In this document: positions 12,908-25,170 of the stretch, piece after piece
Position numbering within the stretch: position 1 is the stretch's first letter
Layout: the number at the start of each line of letters is the position of its first letter
Assembly (NCBI GenBank): GCA_046563655.1
Contig: CM102283.1
Span: 4,774,001-4,838,000 of the forward strand
Length of the DNA stretch: 64,000 nucleotides
Direction: 5' to 3'
Origin: Yuukianura sp. NJ FZ-2021
Taxonomy: Eukaryota
Program-made: the position numbers and the translations under genes
The notes under the pieces: model-generated
Database searches by the model: none
What the model was told of the DNA's origin: nothing
The model's input: only the letters and a program-made list of their open reading frames with translations

Positions 12908-15898
12908 TCAGTCTTTGAACATATCAACTTTGAATTGACTTGAATCCAAGAGAAGGTCTATCCTTGTTTGTGGAGTTGTGTAGGAAAACAGTTGCTCGTT
13001 GCATTCATATTGCTCTTCACCAGTCCAGTGACGCATCATGGTTTGTGCGCGAGGCACCAACGAAGCGACGTCGACATCTTTGACCTGCTCAGTAACAGAG
13101 GGAAGCCCTTTTCGCACGGAATCATACACGAGGGCATGGGGAGTAAAGCAGTCGAAGGGGATTGAACGGACGACCTCGGAGTTCTTGATGCCCTCAGCGG
13201 CCGCTTCGAACAGCAAAGAATGATCAACGTATCTTGCGGGCATAGGGGGTGCTGGTGGTATCTCCAATGGAGACTCCATCGCAACCCTCCATTTCGCCAT
13301 AAACGATCTCAATCGCTCATCTGATACATCCACTTTCCGATGAGCCAATAGTGGTTCTTGGTCCCATTCCTAAAAAAGAATAATAGTTTCAACAAAAATT
13401 CGCACCCGTCTTCAAAAAAAAAGCAGTGGGATAAAACTGTACTTGAATGAATACGTCCCCGAACGCGTTTCCATTGAAGAGAATAAATGGAGAAGGAAAT
13501 GCTTGGCTACGAGGTAGCTTTGAAGGCTTCATGAGACAAAATCCAGTGGTCCAAGCATTACATCTTGCCTTTGTCCGTTCAAAATCTGCCTGCCAGGCAC
13601 AACTCATCCCCTGCTCTTCTACAAAATCACTGAATTCTCTGGCGCTGCTTAAGTGGCGTGGGTGGGACTGCAAAATTGGGTTTCGTCGTTGGCACTCTGG
13701 TCGTTCTTGACAGGCCACATGACTTCTATCAAAGAAGGCACAAAACGTTTCTGAATTCCGCTGACTTCCCGCAACCAACGTTTCAAAGTTATCATCCTAG
13801 TCCAATTCAGAACAAAAGCTATGAGATACAGATCTGATAAAGTTCGTTAAAATCAATTCGTTTTAGATTCGTTATTTAAGTCTTACCGACAGCACATCCA
13901 TGTATGCTGGTGGAGATGCGAGTCCGTGAGAGATTTTGATCACGGGATTCCGCGGTACTCGGATGTCCATAAGCAGAATTCTTTGCGTAGTTCCGAAATA
14001 AAAGTGGAGTGGATTTGCGCTGCTGGTGGTAAGTGTTGAAATGTACTCGTCCAGACGTTCGTTCTTGTTTCGAAAATATTCCTGATCTGAAAATGACAAT
14101 GTGGAGGAGCTGTGAAGTGTAAACAGTTCCCGACTACTGACGGTATGTTGCACTCGTCGATCATGGAACTGAATTGCAGATTCTGACCAGTACAGAATCA
14201 CTTCAGGATGACCAGACACGTAGTTGACACCGTTCACGTTATTCATCAAATTCTGAGGACCGAATAGCTCTTCAGTAGGATACGATTTCTTGAATTCTTT
14301 TATGTGGCCCGTCACCTTTCTATACAATAATAACAGCAACGATTAATCAGTCATTTCAAAAAAGTTCACCTTTAGATAAGGAATTTAAAAAAATTCGAAT
14401 AATCAAAAATTTTTCATCATGACAGCTTACTCATGAGCGAAGTCGATGAATTGAATCACAGCATTCTCATCCACAGTAACCAATTCTGAAGGAAAGTTAG
14501 GATTGAGGTCAAACGAGGTCAACATAGGGTTCGGTTTTTCAATATCATTTGATAATCCACCGTACTTTGTACCGCAATATCCTACGTTTGGTATTGATGC
14601 TAACAAGGACGGAAGACCCTCTGCACCTATCACGTACATCTCAACGCTTTTCCCCCTCCGCACTCCGATTAGATTTCGCTTTCTTAGTGTCTTGATTTGG
14701 TAAATTTGTGAGCTTAGTGGATCATCCGAGTCTTCGAGTCGTAAGTCCACGTTCGATGGAACTTCCTCTTCCTCCCAAACACCAGCCAATTTGCACGAGA
14801 GCATTTCATTTGATTTGGAAGGAGTCAGTGACAGCATACCTACAGAAATTCACATTCTAATGAAGTTACATATTTGTCGTCTCTGGCCCCGTTCGTTACC
14901 CTTCGAATTTGCTTACGAAGCTTTGCTCCATTTCCAACAAATAAATAATTTGTGCCGCGCGCCTTGTCGAGGATGTAATTGCAAGCTCCGGTGCCATTGT
15001 ACAAGTAGTTCCAACTAGCTTTGACGCTGATTCGAGGAGCGTCCATAAACTTTTTGACGGTCTTTCCGGATGGTCTCCGAGAATCAGTTGAGCGGATCTT
15101 CGGAATCTGTGGATCCTCCGTATCCACAGCAGGTTCGGACTCGGCATACGCGTTGGCCTCCTTAGTCCTGTTTATTCTCGACCTTTTCTGTTTAATCAGA
15201 TTCTGTGCAGCTTCTTTAGTGTCCGCTGTTTTCTCAGAAGCTATCAGTGCTCTTCGGGTGTCCCAATGAGTCTTCAATTTCTCGCGATTCTTTGGTAAAT
15301 AAGGACTTGGACTAGTATTAGCAAGTGGCGTCTCGGAAGCAACTTCAGTCGCTTTATTCTTAGCTTCTTGTATAGCCATCACACGCTGGAGTGCATTTTC
15401 TCGCGCCTTGTCTTCCTTGCTGCTACAAGAACAAAACCATAAAATGTAATACTTAAAAAAAAATGTACTGTGATTTTTCGAAGGTGTAGCTTACATCGCT
15501 GACGGGAAGTAGTATTTGTGAAGTTTTTTAGCAGAATAATGTACTGCATAAACGTAAGCTTCCCAATTCAAAACAGGTAGGGCACAACTGTCGGTTTCTT
15601 CAGAGGGGTACATGATCAGCGGGAGAGCGATGGGGGTACGTGATGCGACAGGAAACGGGTTGTCCAACTGGTGACCCACACATCCTGGTGGGAGAATTAT
15701 TTCACCAGTCTTCTCACTAGTTACGGATGCATCGGCGTTTGGGTAGAGCGTGTCTGCTTGAATGCTGAGTGGTGGCGTGATTCCGCAAATTCTATTTAGG
15801 AATGTTGATCCGACGACGTCGTTGACATTATGGTATGCATTTTCATTCCGAGGGTATCGTTGTCCATAGCAGTTGGGCCAATGAACGGTAAATGCCAT
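12908..15898 (-). CDS. TAF1C: TAF1C-like (RNA polymerase I SL1/TIF-IB subunit C, Rrn6 family), multi-exon
   Basis: Six consecutive minus-strand ORFs separated by short introns. Motifs ILLMDIRVPRNPVIKISHGLASPP and LFNGNAFGDVFIQ resemble TAF1C's D.R.P..P.lkw.HGL.sP and GDvf.Q segments; family recognised from memory. Confidence 0.7.
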
Positions 15899-16319
15899 TA
15901 CTCAATAATCATAAAATGCTTCCTTTCACTGTCTCCCGTCTCAACTTTTCTGAAATTGGAATGGTATACATATTAGTTAGTATTATTTAGATACTATTAG
16001 GTTAAGTTTTACTAGGTTTCCTACTAATTAGATTAAGTTTGTGATCACGAGAATACTTATCATACTCCTTTAGGGATATATCCGTTGACCTGCTGATACC
16101 TATCTTTGGTTGTCTCTTTGGCTGCCAGTTTAGTGGTGAGTTAATTTGGTAGTTTATTACTGCCAGTTAGTTATTTATTATTATTACTAATTGAACCAAA
16201 TTCGAAATCCGAAATGTGAATGTGAAAGTGAATAGGTCTTTTTGTTTTTAGAATTTTTAGAACTTCTAGAATTTTTGAAATTAATGAGGCGATTTACAGA
16301 TTCGCTTATACGCAATTTC

Positions 16320-16650
16320 CCATAAGACTTCTGGTGCATCTCCTGTATGATTGGTTAGGCGCTCAAAAAACTACGACCACACTTTTCGCATTAGCATACG
16401 CTGCTTCACATCCCGAACATTTGATATCGGACGAAAACAGGACCCTTCGTCCAGAAAACATAGGTTTTCTGGAAGACGTTTCAGAAATCGTCGGATTTTT
16501 GCCTTCTTTTCCTTCGCACGGCAAAACGGTTGAAGATTCGTCAGATATCAAAAGTTCACGATGTGGAGCAGCGTATGCTAATGCGAAAAGTGTGGTCGTA
16601 GTTTTCTAAGGGTCCTACCAATCAGTCAGGAAATGCACCTGAAGATTGGG
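16320..16650. mobile_element. Foldback MITE (~330 bp) with ~115-bp imperfect terminal inverted repeats
   Basis: AAAACTACGACCACACTTTTCGCATTAGCATACGCTGCT and its reverse complement flank a ~100-bp core; both strands translate to CxAAYANAKSVVVVF; TSD not resolved. Confidence 0.8.
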
Positions 16651-17664
16651 TCAGAGTTCACGAATTTTGTGTTTACAATTTACAATTTCGTATTACGTCA
16701 CCAAGAGTTAGGGCAACCCGAGAATCGAGGCTAAGAAATGGCTCACCCACTTCGTCTGGCAGTTTTAGAAAAACTGCAAATGGTTCTCAAATTTGAAATT
16801 TAACACAGTGATTAGCCAGTTATCCTGAGAGTTGTGCAAAATTTCAATCGTGAAGAATCCACCCGTTCGGGTTTTTCGTGATTACGTAGTTGTAAATTCT
16901 CAATTCTCAGTCGTTGCCATGTCTACAAAACACTCTTTGGCGTTGTTTTTATTGACCTGATGTCTCCCCTTAAAGTAAAAGTTCCAGTTCCCGCGTTTAG
17001 CAAAAATAGGAGTCTGTCTAATCCTCGGAAACAACTGAAATTGTTTCTGAGGATTAGACTTCCCCTGCCACCTAGTGCGTTGCGTCTAAGGGACGGCGGT
17101 ACGATTGGCTTACGCGGGTTAATTGCGGATCTCGTTTATATCGACTAAAAAAAATTCTAAATCGAAGCAATTAATTGTTACTGGAGTTTGTAGCTAAACC
17201 CTATGCGAAGCAATAGTACACCCAATTCAATTGTCATGCTAATTCAGCTCTGTTAGTTAATAGCACCTAGCACCTTTAGCGGACACTCTAGCAATGACCA
17301 AGTCAGAAACAAGGCAGTTAAGCGCTTACCTAAAATAATTGATAGCTAACCTATACTTATTTTTTATAGCAGTACTAAATTAATTTGTTTATGAACTAAC
17401 CGCTAATCGTAACTACTCATTCAACTTTAGGTTACACTATTTTGAATTAGGTAGTAATAGTAGGTAATCCATAGCTTATTATAAGATTTGAGTAAACTAG
17501 AATTGGATTAATTGTAACCCCTGAATGTATCCGGATGACGCCATAGTCTAACAGCATGGTTGGTTACAATACACTCTGGTGAGTAAACAAAATTTTTTTA
17601 ATGCTGCATTTTCATAATATCCTAGCAGTTTTATTGTAACCCATAAACCAACCAGTGAGAAACA

Positions 17665-17700
17665 ACAAATATGGCGGCTGTGGTTACAGCGGAAGTAATT
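17665..17700 (+). promoter_or_regulatory. Candidate core promoter motifs of amphiphysin (YY1/Pho-like ATGGCGGC, ETS-like GCGGAAGT)
   Basis: AAATATGGCGGC and GCGGAAGT lie ~700 bp upstream of the amphiphysin ATG; motif match only. Confidence 0.3.
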
Positions 17701-18380
17701 CAGATGTAACCACACCCTGTTATTGTTTTGGCGTTGTTTCTGTCAGAATTTCCGCTCGGTGCGTTTCTTTTCAGAGTATTAGTCTCCCCCTTCTGGAATG
17801 TTTATGGGAAAATAATCCCTGGAAGTGGAATTGACATTAAAAGTGAGAGCCCTTTAAGTAATAGTCGCCTGATAAGACCAAAATACAACGCGATTTCGCG
17901 ATCGGAAGCCTGAACTGAAGATTTAGTCGTGTGGCCCGGCCCGGCTGTTTGTCGTTGACTTCGTAAAGTGATCTGTGTTTTTGTATGGTTTTTGTATGAT
18001 CTTTGGGGAATGTGTGTTTTTGTGCATCTTCCTCTAGGATTTTGGACTGAAGAGGGAGTGGGACGGAGTGGGATGAGATTCCGTTCCTCATTGAGATTCA
18101 GTCAAGAAGTTATCTCTGCAGGGGCAACTTCACCTCAGATCCACGTACCCAATACTTGACTACACGAAACGGAAGTCATCTGTTGCTTTCTTCTACATAC
18201 GAATCTCCCGTACAACACTTCAGTCGGATTTTCGGAGTGTGAATGTGGAACGGACGGGAGACCACCAGAAGGCAGGATTCATCTCCGTTTCCATTAACCA
18301 GGATTTGCCCTTTGTGGCACATTGCCAATTCCAAATAAACTTCGAGCAGCTCATCAGAAGACAGAGTCGGCGGCAGGACA

Positions 18381-21300
18381 ATGGCCACAGACTCCAAGAT
18401 TTCCAAGAATGTGTCCAAGTCCATAGGCCGTGCCAAGGAAAAGGTTCGTTCTACCACTTTTACTTCAATTTTAAAATGAATGTTTAAATTGCGGTTTTTG
18501 GTTTGTTTGGGGTTAAACCCTAGCCATGGAATTAATCGCGGTCATCAAATGAAACTAGGGGTTGATGATGGGGAAATGGGTTGTTTTAATTGATTTCCCA
18601 CTTCTCTCTCATTCTCTTCATGTCTTCTGATCCTGTCTTTCGGTTCTCAGTTGGTTGCTTGTCCTTAACTTTCTGGTATTTAGGTGACGGTGATGTCGGT
18701 CTCAATCTGGGTCAAATTCAACTTGTTTCCTTCAATTGGGTTTACCATTCAATTCCTCGTACTTAGAAGAACAAACGGGGTTAAGGTGGGAGAGACGGGT
18801 AGGGTTTATGCGTTTGTGAGGCTTCAGCCCTTTTATGTCATCCGCCACTAGCATCAATTAGAGTTCCCTGACCTCTCGACATTCATTCAGAGGGCATACG
18901 TGGGGACACAATATTTGACCGCCTATTACACGTATGTGTAATGATTTCGCGTTTATTCTCTACAGCCTTGTAAAATAATTAACCCGGTTACCTTTACTTT
19001 TTTGTCACTAGGTTAGTTGTTTACTTTACTGAGCTAATTTACAGTATAGTCTAGTGATAGACACCTTTTGTTAGGTAGGGCCTTCTACGCTGCAAAGACT
19101 TAAGAAAGACTGACCACTAATTTCTCACGAATTTTGTTATGGAAATGTGAGAAAACAAAAGCTTAACTTTTTTGTACTAACAAAAAGGAGAAAGTTATGG
19201 ACCAAAGCTACGATGTTCCAATTTGGCCAAAGACACAAAAGGAAGGCTTGGGTGCAGGGGTGCGCTTACACACTTTGTTCCATCTAAATACACACACAAG
19301 GAGAGGGAAATGTTATAAAGTGTGTTCAACTTTACTTGACTTGACGCTATTTCATACTTGAACAAGGTTCACAAATAACCAAGTTCTAAAAGTTCTAAAG
19401 ATCGAGGAAACATCCCTACTCTCCTCGTCAGAATGCCAGCCAGCCAGCGTTGAGTCAATTCTGCCCAGTATTTTTGGCACTCTTCCTCTGCCTACTTACC
19501 TACACAAGTTAGACTTTATTTCTGCACGAGACACAGACATTATTAGCAACTGAATGTACAGTGCATCCGCTTTAGTAACGATGCCGTTGGGCTCTTAGTT
19601 TTGTGCATAGTAAGTAGCAACTCTCCCTCTCAACACTTAGGCCCCAATATGCCCTAAATGGATATGTCCTAATGAAAGTTTGATGCGGAATTTAGGTAGG
19701 CGAAGGGCAAAACAATTGAACAATCTTTCATTTTTTTCTCGAGAATCGACCTCCACCCACGCAAACGACCAAAAGACGCGTTCGTGCGCACCTTAATCAC
19801 CTCCTTGCTCATACTCAAGTTTGTTTTTTTCCTTCCTTAGAAGTTATATCATGTAACTTTTACTGACAAAAAAAAAACGTCGGTAAATGCCAATAGATGA
19901 AGTCTAAATAAATACAAATGCAATTTCAGTGGGGCACAACAAACGCGGGAGGGAGTTCGTTTGATGGAAATGATGATTTCAAATGTGTTGCTAAGCAGCA
20001 TGGGTTAACTTCAAGGGCTGAGCTTAGGTTTCTTCGGAGGACTCACAGTGGAGTCAACAGGCTCTTCGGGCTGAGAGGCCTCTCCAGTGGATTGGTTCCC
20101 TCCACTGTCGTCTTGGGTTTCTTCGCCTCCACTTGGTGTGGGCGAAGTCAAAATAGACCGTAACCGCCATTCCAGTGCACTGTGCAGAGTCTCTGCATCT
20201 CCCGGCGAGCACTACGGAAGCCAAAGATTTTCGTTAAGTGAGAGTTCGATTAGTGTATTTGGTTTATAAAGGAGGAATTAAATATCACCTGGATTAGAAA
20301 CAGTTTTACGCCACTTCCACCGCCATCTTCATGTCCAGTAATCTTGATACATTTTTCACTTGATCTCTCGATGACCATTTGAGGGAAGACAGGAGTGTTT
20401 AGCATGAGGCGTAGACTCCCTTTTGTCCTTACAATCAATCGCGAATGTAAAACTCCCCCTTCTTGACGATCGTTCAATCTAAGTTGCCCTCTTCCACGCT
20501 CAATCCAGGAGCTGTTGGTAACGTCAAAGGCAAACAGGCGACAGGAAGCCTATTAAAGTAGGGAAAGTTCGAAAATTATGAAACATGTTAGGTAAAATCT
20601 TGCAACAAACTGTAACTTTTCGTTAGTACTTACTTGCATAACATTAGACTCGTCTTCTTCTCCAGTTGTCACGGTACAAGTGGAGTCCCACTTCCGTTTA
20701 CCGTTATCGGGAGAAGATGTGCTGGGTGTAGCAACGCTGTCTCCACCGTTTTCATGTCGATCGCCATTAGCAATTCCCTTACTGATGTTCTGTTGTAACA
20801 TGAAAAAATTGTTTTAGAAAGTTGAAAATTATCAGCACAACAACTTTAGCACTTTCTGAATAGCTTAAATTAACTATATTTACCTCAACACGGTCATTTA
20901 GGTTGCTTCCAAAAACGAATCCGGCTGGGGGTGGAGCATTGTAATTTAGTCCCTCCTTCTTAGGCTCTTCTGTTACCGATGAAGAAGATGTTGGTTGAGT
21001 TTCATCTTCTGGAGTTACCGGAGGTTTAGTAGTTGTTTCTTCTTTTCCGGTAGTTGGCTTCTCCGCTTGCTTGTCACTTCCGCCTGCTTCTGAGCTGTCA
21101 GGATCCTTTGATTCCTGTGAAGTGTTCGACGCAGTGGATGATACTGAAGGGGCTGGCTTTGTCTCGGCTTCTGCAGAAGTTACTCCATCAGAATTCCCGG
21201 GTGATTTGCAGTTATCCGACCCGAGTTGAAACGGGGAGGTGGGGAGTGGGGAGTGGGGAGGAGTCCTCCCCACTCCCCACTCCCCGTCGCAGGTTCCCAT

Positions 21301-24300
21301 GGTTGAAACGGGGAGTGGGGAGGAGTGGGGAGTGGGGAGGAGTGGGGAGTGGGGAGGAGTGGGGAGTGGGGAGGAGTGGGGAGTGGGGAGGAGTGGGGAG
21401 AGGAGTAGGGAGTGGGGAGGAGTAGGGAGTGGGGAGGAGTGGGGAGGAGTAGGGAGTGGGGAGTGGGGAGGAGTAGGGAGTGGGGAGTGGGGAGGAGACG
21501 AAAACTCTAATGTGTGCTTTACCAAACCTAACTCCGCGCCTGCGGCGCGGGCCATTGAACAAACGCATTGCGGATAAGTCTGAGATTGATAAGGGCAATT
21601 TCCGTCATGCGTTTTGTTCAATGGCCCGCGCCGGAGGCGCGGAGTTAGGTTTGGTAAAGCACATGTTAGTGATTTCGTCTGTAGGTTAGGCTGTGCCAAT
21701 GAAACGGGTTAAGTTTGATTTTGTAACATTTCACCACTCCTCCCCACTCCCTACTCCTCCCCACTCCCCACTCCTCCCCACTCCCCACTCCTCCCCACTC
21801 CCCACTCCTCCCCACTCCTCCCCACTCCCAGTTTCAACCGTAACATATCATGGGGAGTGGGGAGGAGTCCTCCCCACTCCTCCCCACTCCCAGTTTCAAC
21901 AATGGTAATATAGGACGGGGAGTGGGGAGGAGTCCTCCCCACTCCCCACTCCCCACCTCCCCGTTTCAACTCGGGTCGGATAACTGCAAATCACCCGAAT
22001 TCCCTAGTTTTACTAGCCCGTCTCCAGCCTTCGTGTCATTTGATTTGGCATCGAGATCTGCCGGAGGTGAAGCCTTCGTAAATAAGTTCGTTCCAACATT
22101 TGCCACCAACTTGCTCGGTCTGAGAAACGATGAAGTGGTAGTAGTAGTTGTCGGTGCCGCAGCAGCAGTACTCGTCCCATCTTCCTCTGGAACCGTTATT
22201 CGCTTTGTCTTGAAACTAAGGAAGGGATTTGAAGGTGTTGGATGAGAAGTTGGTGGGAATCCTTGCGTGTGGGGCGAATAGGCTGGCGCTGACGTAGCCG
22301 CCGATGATGTAACTGAAAAACGTAAATAAACGGTGGATATTATTACTTATTTACTAAAAACGGCACTGTCTACAGGCTGTTTTTTATGAACATTCGACTC
22401 AGCAGCAGCACTTATCTTTGACCATAGTCACTAACTTGTTTTGTTGATATATAAGGCTTAGGCTACCAATACAAAAAAGTGGTATATAGTAGTAAGCTTA
22501 AGCTTAGAATTAGATAAGTTTACCTTCTACTTCTTCTGCTGGGCCTTCCATTGAATTACCAAACTTGTCTGTCAGTGAACTTGTAAATGTTATATTTGGA
22601 TAAACTCGGAGTAGTTTTTGTGAGCTGGTACTGGAGTATCTTATGAGAAGTGTAGCAAGAAATCAGATGATGGAGACGTTAAGTACACAAATGATACGAT
22701 ACTACAAAATTAGTACCAGTATAGTAACAGATTATCACAGTGAGTATTGATATTCAACGGCTTAACCGTTGAATTACTCTAATCAAGAATTTGGCTAATT
22801 TGTTCCGATATTTCGATTCGGTAGTAAAGTTTAGTATGGTCTGTCCTTCTGTCTGAGCTTTGTGAGGAACAAGATGGGAGAAACCCATAGCAAATCTGGT
22901 TGGGATGAACGGGGGCTTTGAGTTTGAGTTTGGTGGTGGGTTGGATTTGGATCCGCATAAACAGCACCCAAGTAGGTCTTCTTCGTCAGGCGCCTCGTTT
23001 GGGTACGCTATGAAACTTTCCTGTAAAAGAGATTTTTTTCTTTTATAAAGTAAACCACTGAGGAATTAATTAAAATTCACTTTAAAATTAATTTAAGATA
23101 ATTACAAAGTTGTTTTCCATAGAATTATAATCGAAATTATGCTTTATATCAACAGATCCTGCAGAATTTGGGGAAGGTGGATCGAACGGCAGACGAAATA
23201 TTCGACGAGCATGTAACGAACTTCAACAAACAACAATTTGCTGCCACTAGACTCCAGAAGGAATTGAACAATTACATCCGATGTCTTCGAGGTAATTCAC
23301 ATTTATTAACTCTTCCGCTATCTACTCCGGGTGATGCATGTAAAGAATTAATTAATGTTTGACATTTCTTCAGCGACTGCAACTGCGAATCGGTCTCTGA
23401 TGGAGGCTGTGGCCGATGTGTACGAATCCGACTGGTGTGGGAAGGATCAGCTCACCCAGAGCACGCAGACGACAGAACTTCTCTGGAATGATTTTGCACA
23501 CAGACTTGCTGAACAAGTTCTCATTCCGTTGAACACTTATCAGGTGAATAAACCGCCATGTAAATTTTACTAATTGAAATACTAACCTGTGTTCAATTTA
23601 TTTGGACAGGCGCAGTTCCCGGAAATGCGGAAAAAGATCGAGAAGCGTGGGCGGAAGCTGGTTGACTTCGATGGTGAACGCCATAGCTTGCAAGCCCTCC
23701 AGTCAAATCCACGGCGAGCCGAAGGGAAGCTGGCCAAGCAGAGGGAAAGTTTGGAAGGGGCCAAACGAACTTACGAAGTAAATCGATTTTTCCACAATTT
23801 TGTTTGGTTTCGTTGAATTTAAAAAAAAACGTAGGAGTAAAATATAATTTGAATTAATAGGTGCTGAATTCTGAACTGCATGAAGAGCTTCCAGGCTTGT
23901 ACAACTCTCGAATCGTTTTCCTGGTCAGCGCCCTGAGTACACTTTTTGCTTCAGAGAATATTTTTCATTCAGAATCAAACAAGGTAAAGACGGTTTTAAA
24001 GACTACAAACTAAATTGGAGTTAAGATTTTCACAAATTTTTGTGTTCAGATTTACAACGAGTTAGAAGGTGTGGTTGAACGTTTGGCTCGAGAGACTGCG
24101 AAAGGAACGCTCAACTTCAAATCTTCAAACGCAATTTTGAACAACAGTTCAGAAAGCCACTCGGACGGTAAGTTGAAAACCGCAATTTTTAGCTTTTAGT
24201 TTCAGCTAACTGATTCTAGCTGCTTCAAGTCGGGTGGATTTTTCATTTTCGTAACTTTTACAACAACTTACAGTTTTTCTAACAAGTTTTTGGGGTTTTG

Positions 24301-24667
24301 AACTAATCCATTTGGTTTTTACTACTAAATGATCTCACGCCTTTTGCTAGTTGAGTTAATTAACAAGCTAATTTGAAGCGGTTGTTAAGGTCAAGGTGAC
24401 ATGAGTCCAACTGCTCCTCCAAAGGCGGATGACATGGGGGCAGAAACAAAGGAGAGTAGTCCTAACGCCTCCGCTTCTCCTGGATCCGACGATTGCGCAG
24501 GAGCTAACCCATCTAACCCGCCCGTGACCAACGGTGTTGATCACGAGCCTCAGAAAGATGTTAGTGATGGCGGAGTGAATGGTTCTTCCTCTCCAGGACC
24601 AAAGTCACAGCAGAGGCAGAAGAATGGGCATCAGAGGTCAACTGAGGAGAAGGGGCAGGTCAAAGCT
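18381..24667 (+). CDS. Amph: Amphiphysin/BIN1-family N-BAR protein, multi-exon, 3' end lost at assembly gap
   Basis: Exon 1 18381-18443 [21 protein letters not shown]|gt joins exon 2 at 23156 [19 protein letters not shown]; later exons give [43 protein letters not shown] and [18 protein letters not shown], all N-BAR hallmarks; no SH3 exon seen. Confidence 0.93.
20011..22551 (-). CDS. RanBP3: Ran-binding protein 3-like (FxFG motif + RanBD), nested in amphiphysin intron 1, exon 2 interrupted by a MITE
   Basis: ATG 22551; [86 protein letters not shown]-terminal PPKKPKL; TGA at 20013-20011. Confidence 0.9.
21199..21996. mobile_element. 798-bp palindromic MITE with G-rich subterminal repeats (Mutator/Merlin-like termini)
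   Basis: Long TIR beginning GGGTGATTTGCAGTTATCCGACCCGAGTTGAAACGGGGAGG; 8-bp TSD GAATTCCC at 21191-21198 and 21997-22004; (GGGGAGT/GGA)n arms; central hairpin 21496-21680. Confidence 0.93.
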
Positions 24668-24767
24668 NNNNNNNNNNNNNNNNNNNNNNNNNNNNNNNNN
24701 NNNNNNNNNNNNNNNNNNNNNNNNNNNNNNNNNNNNNNNNNNNNNNNNNNNNNNNNNNNNNNNNNNN
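24668..24767. other. Assembly gap (100 N)
   Basis: Run of N; coding sequence on the left does not resume on the right. Confidence 1.
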
Positions 24768-24899
24768 TTTTTCGTCCATCATGTTATTCTTTTAAGGTGT
24801 TACATATTCTTCACTTATTCAAAAGAGTCTGCTTGACCGACTACCCGCACAAAGAAGGAATTCATAACCGTGACTTTACCTCCCAATGAATTAAACTTC

Positions 24900-25170
24900 T
24901 CGCAAAGACTAAATAAACCGTTGTAAATGCCGTACGTAAGTAGCGAAAGGAAGCTAGCATGCACAACCCGGAAATTGTGCACTTCCGGTCAAACCGGAGC
25001 CGTATTAATCACACCCCAGGCTATGACAAACTGACAGACAACATAGATTGCAAATTGGTCCAGGGGTTTCGGAGGTATAGTTATAGTGCAGACAGGCAGA
25101 CGGACAGACAGACTCGGGGGAAAACATAAAGTAGGTCAGGCTCCCTCGAGTAGGACGAGGGACGCAATTT
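24900..25170 (-). mobile_element. 5' portion of a second HINE/DINE-1-like element
   Basis: Minus strand starts TTGCGTCCCTCG-TCCTACT-CGAGGGAGC (hairpin), then TATGTTTTC and a GTCTGTCTGTCCGTCTGCCTGTCTG microsatellite, the usual HINE 5' layout; 3' end not found. Confidence 0.5.

Noticed and set aside
17837-18457. Minus-strand ORFs of 84 and 93 aa as a separate gene
   Set aside because: No recognisable domain; they overlap the plus-strand amphiphysin first exon and probable 5' UTR.
21230-21500. Telomeric repeat tract
   Set aside because: Units are GGGGAGT/GGGGAGGAGT rather than TTAGG/TTAGGG and are mirrored within MITE arms.
20779-21699. 306-aa Pro-rich ORF (PPHSPLPT repeats) as an extensin-like protein
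   Set aside because: N-terminal half is translated MITE repeat fused to the RanBP3 exon.
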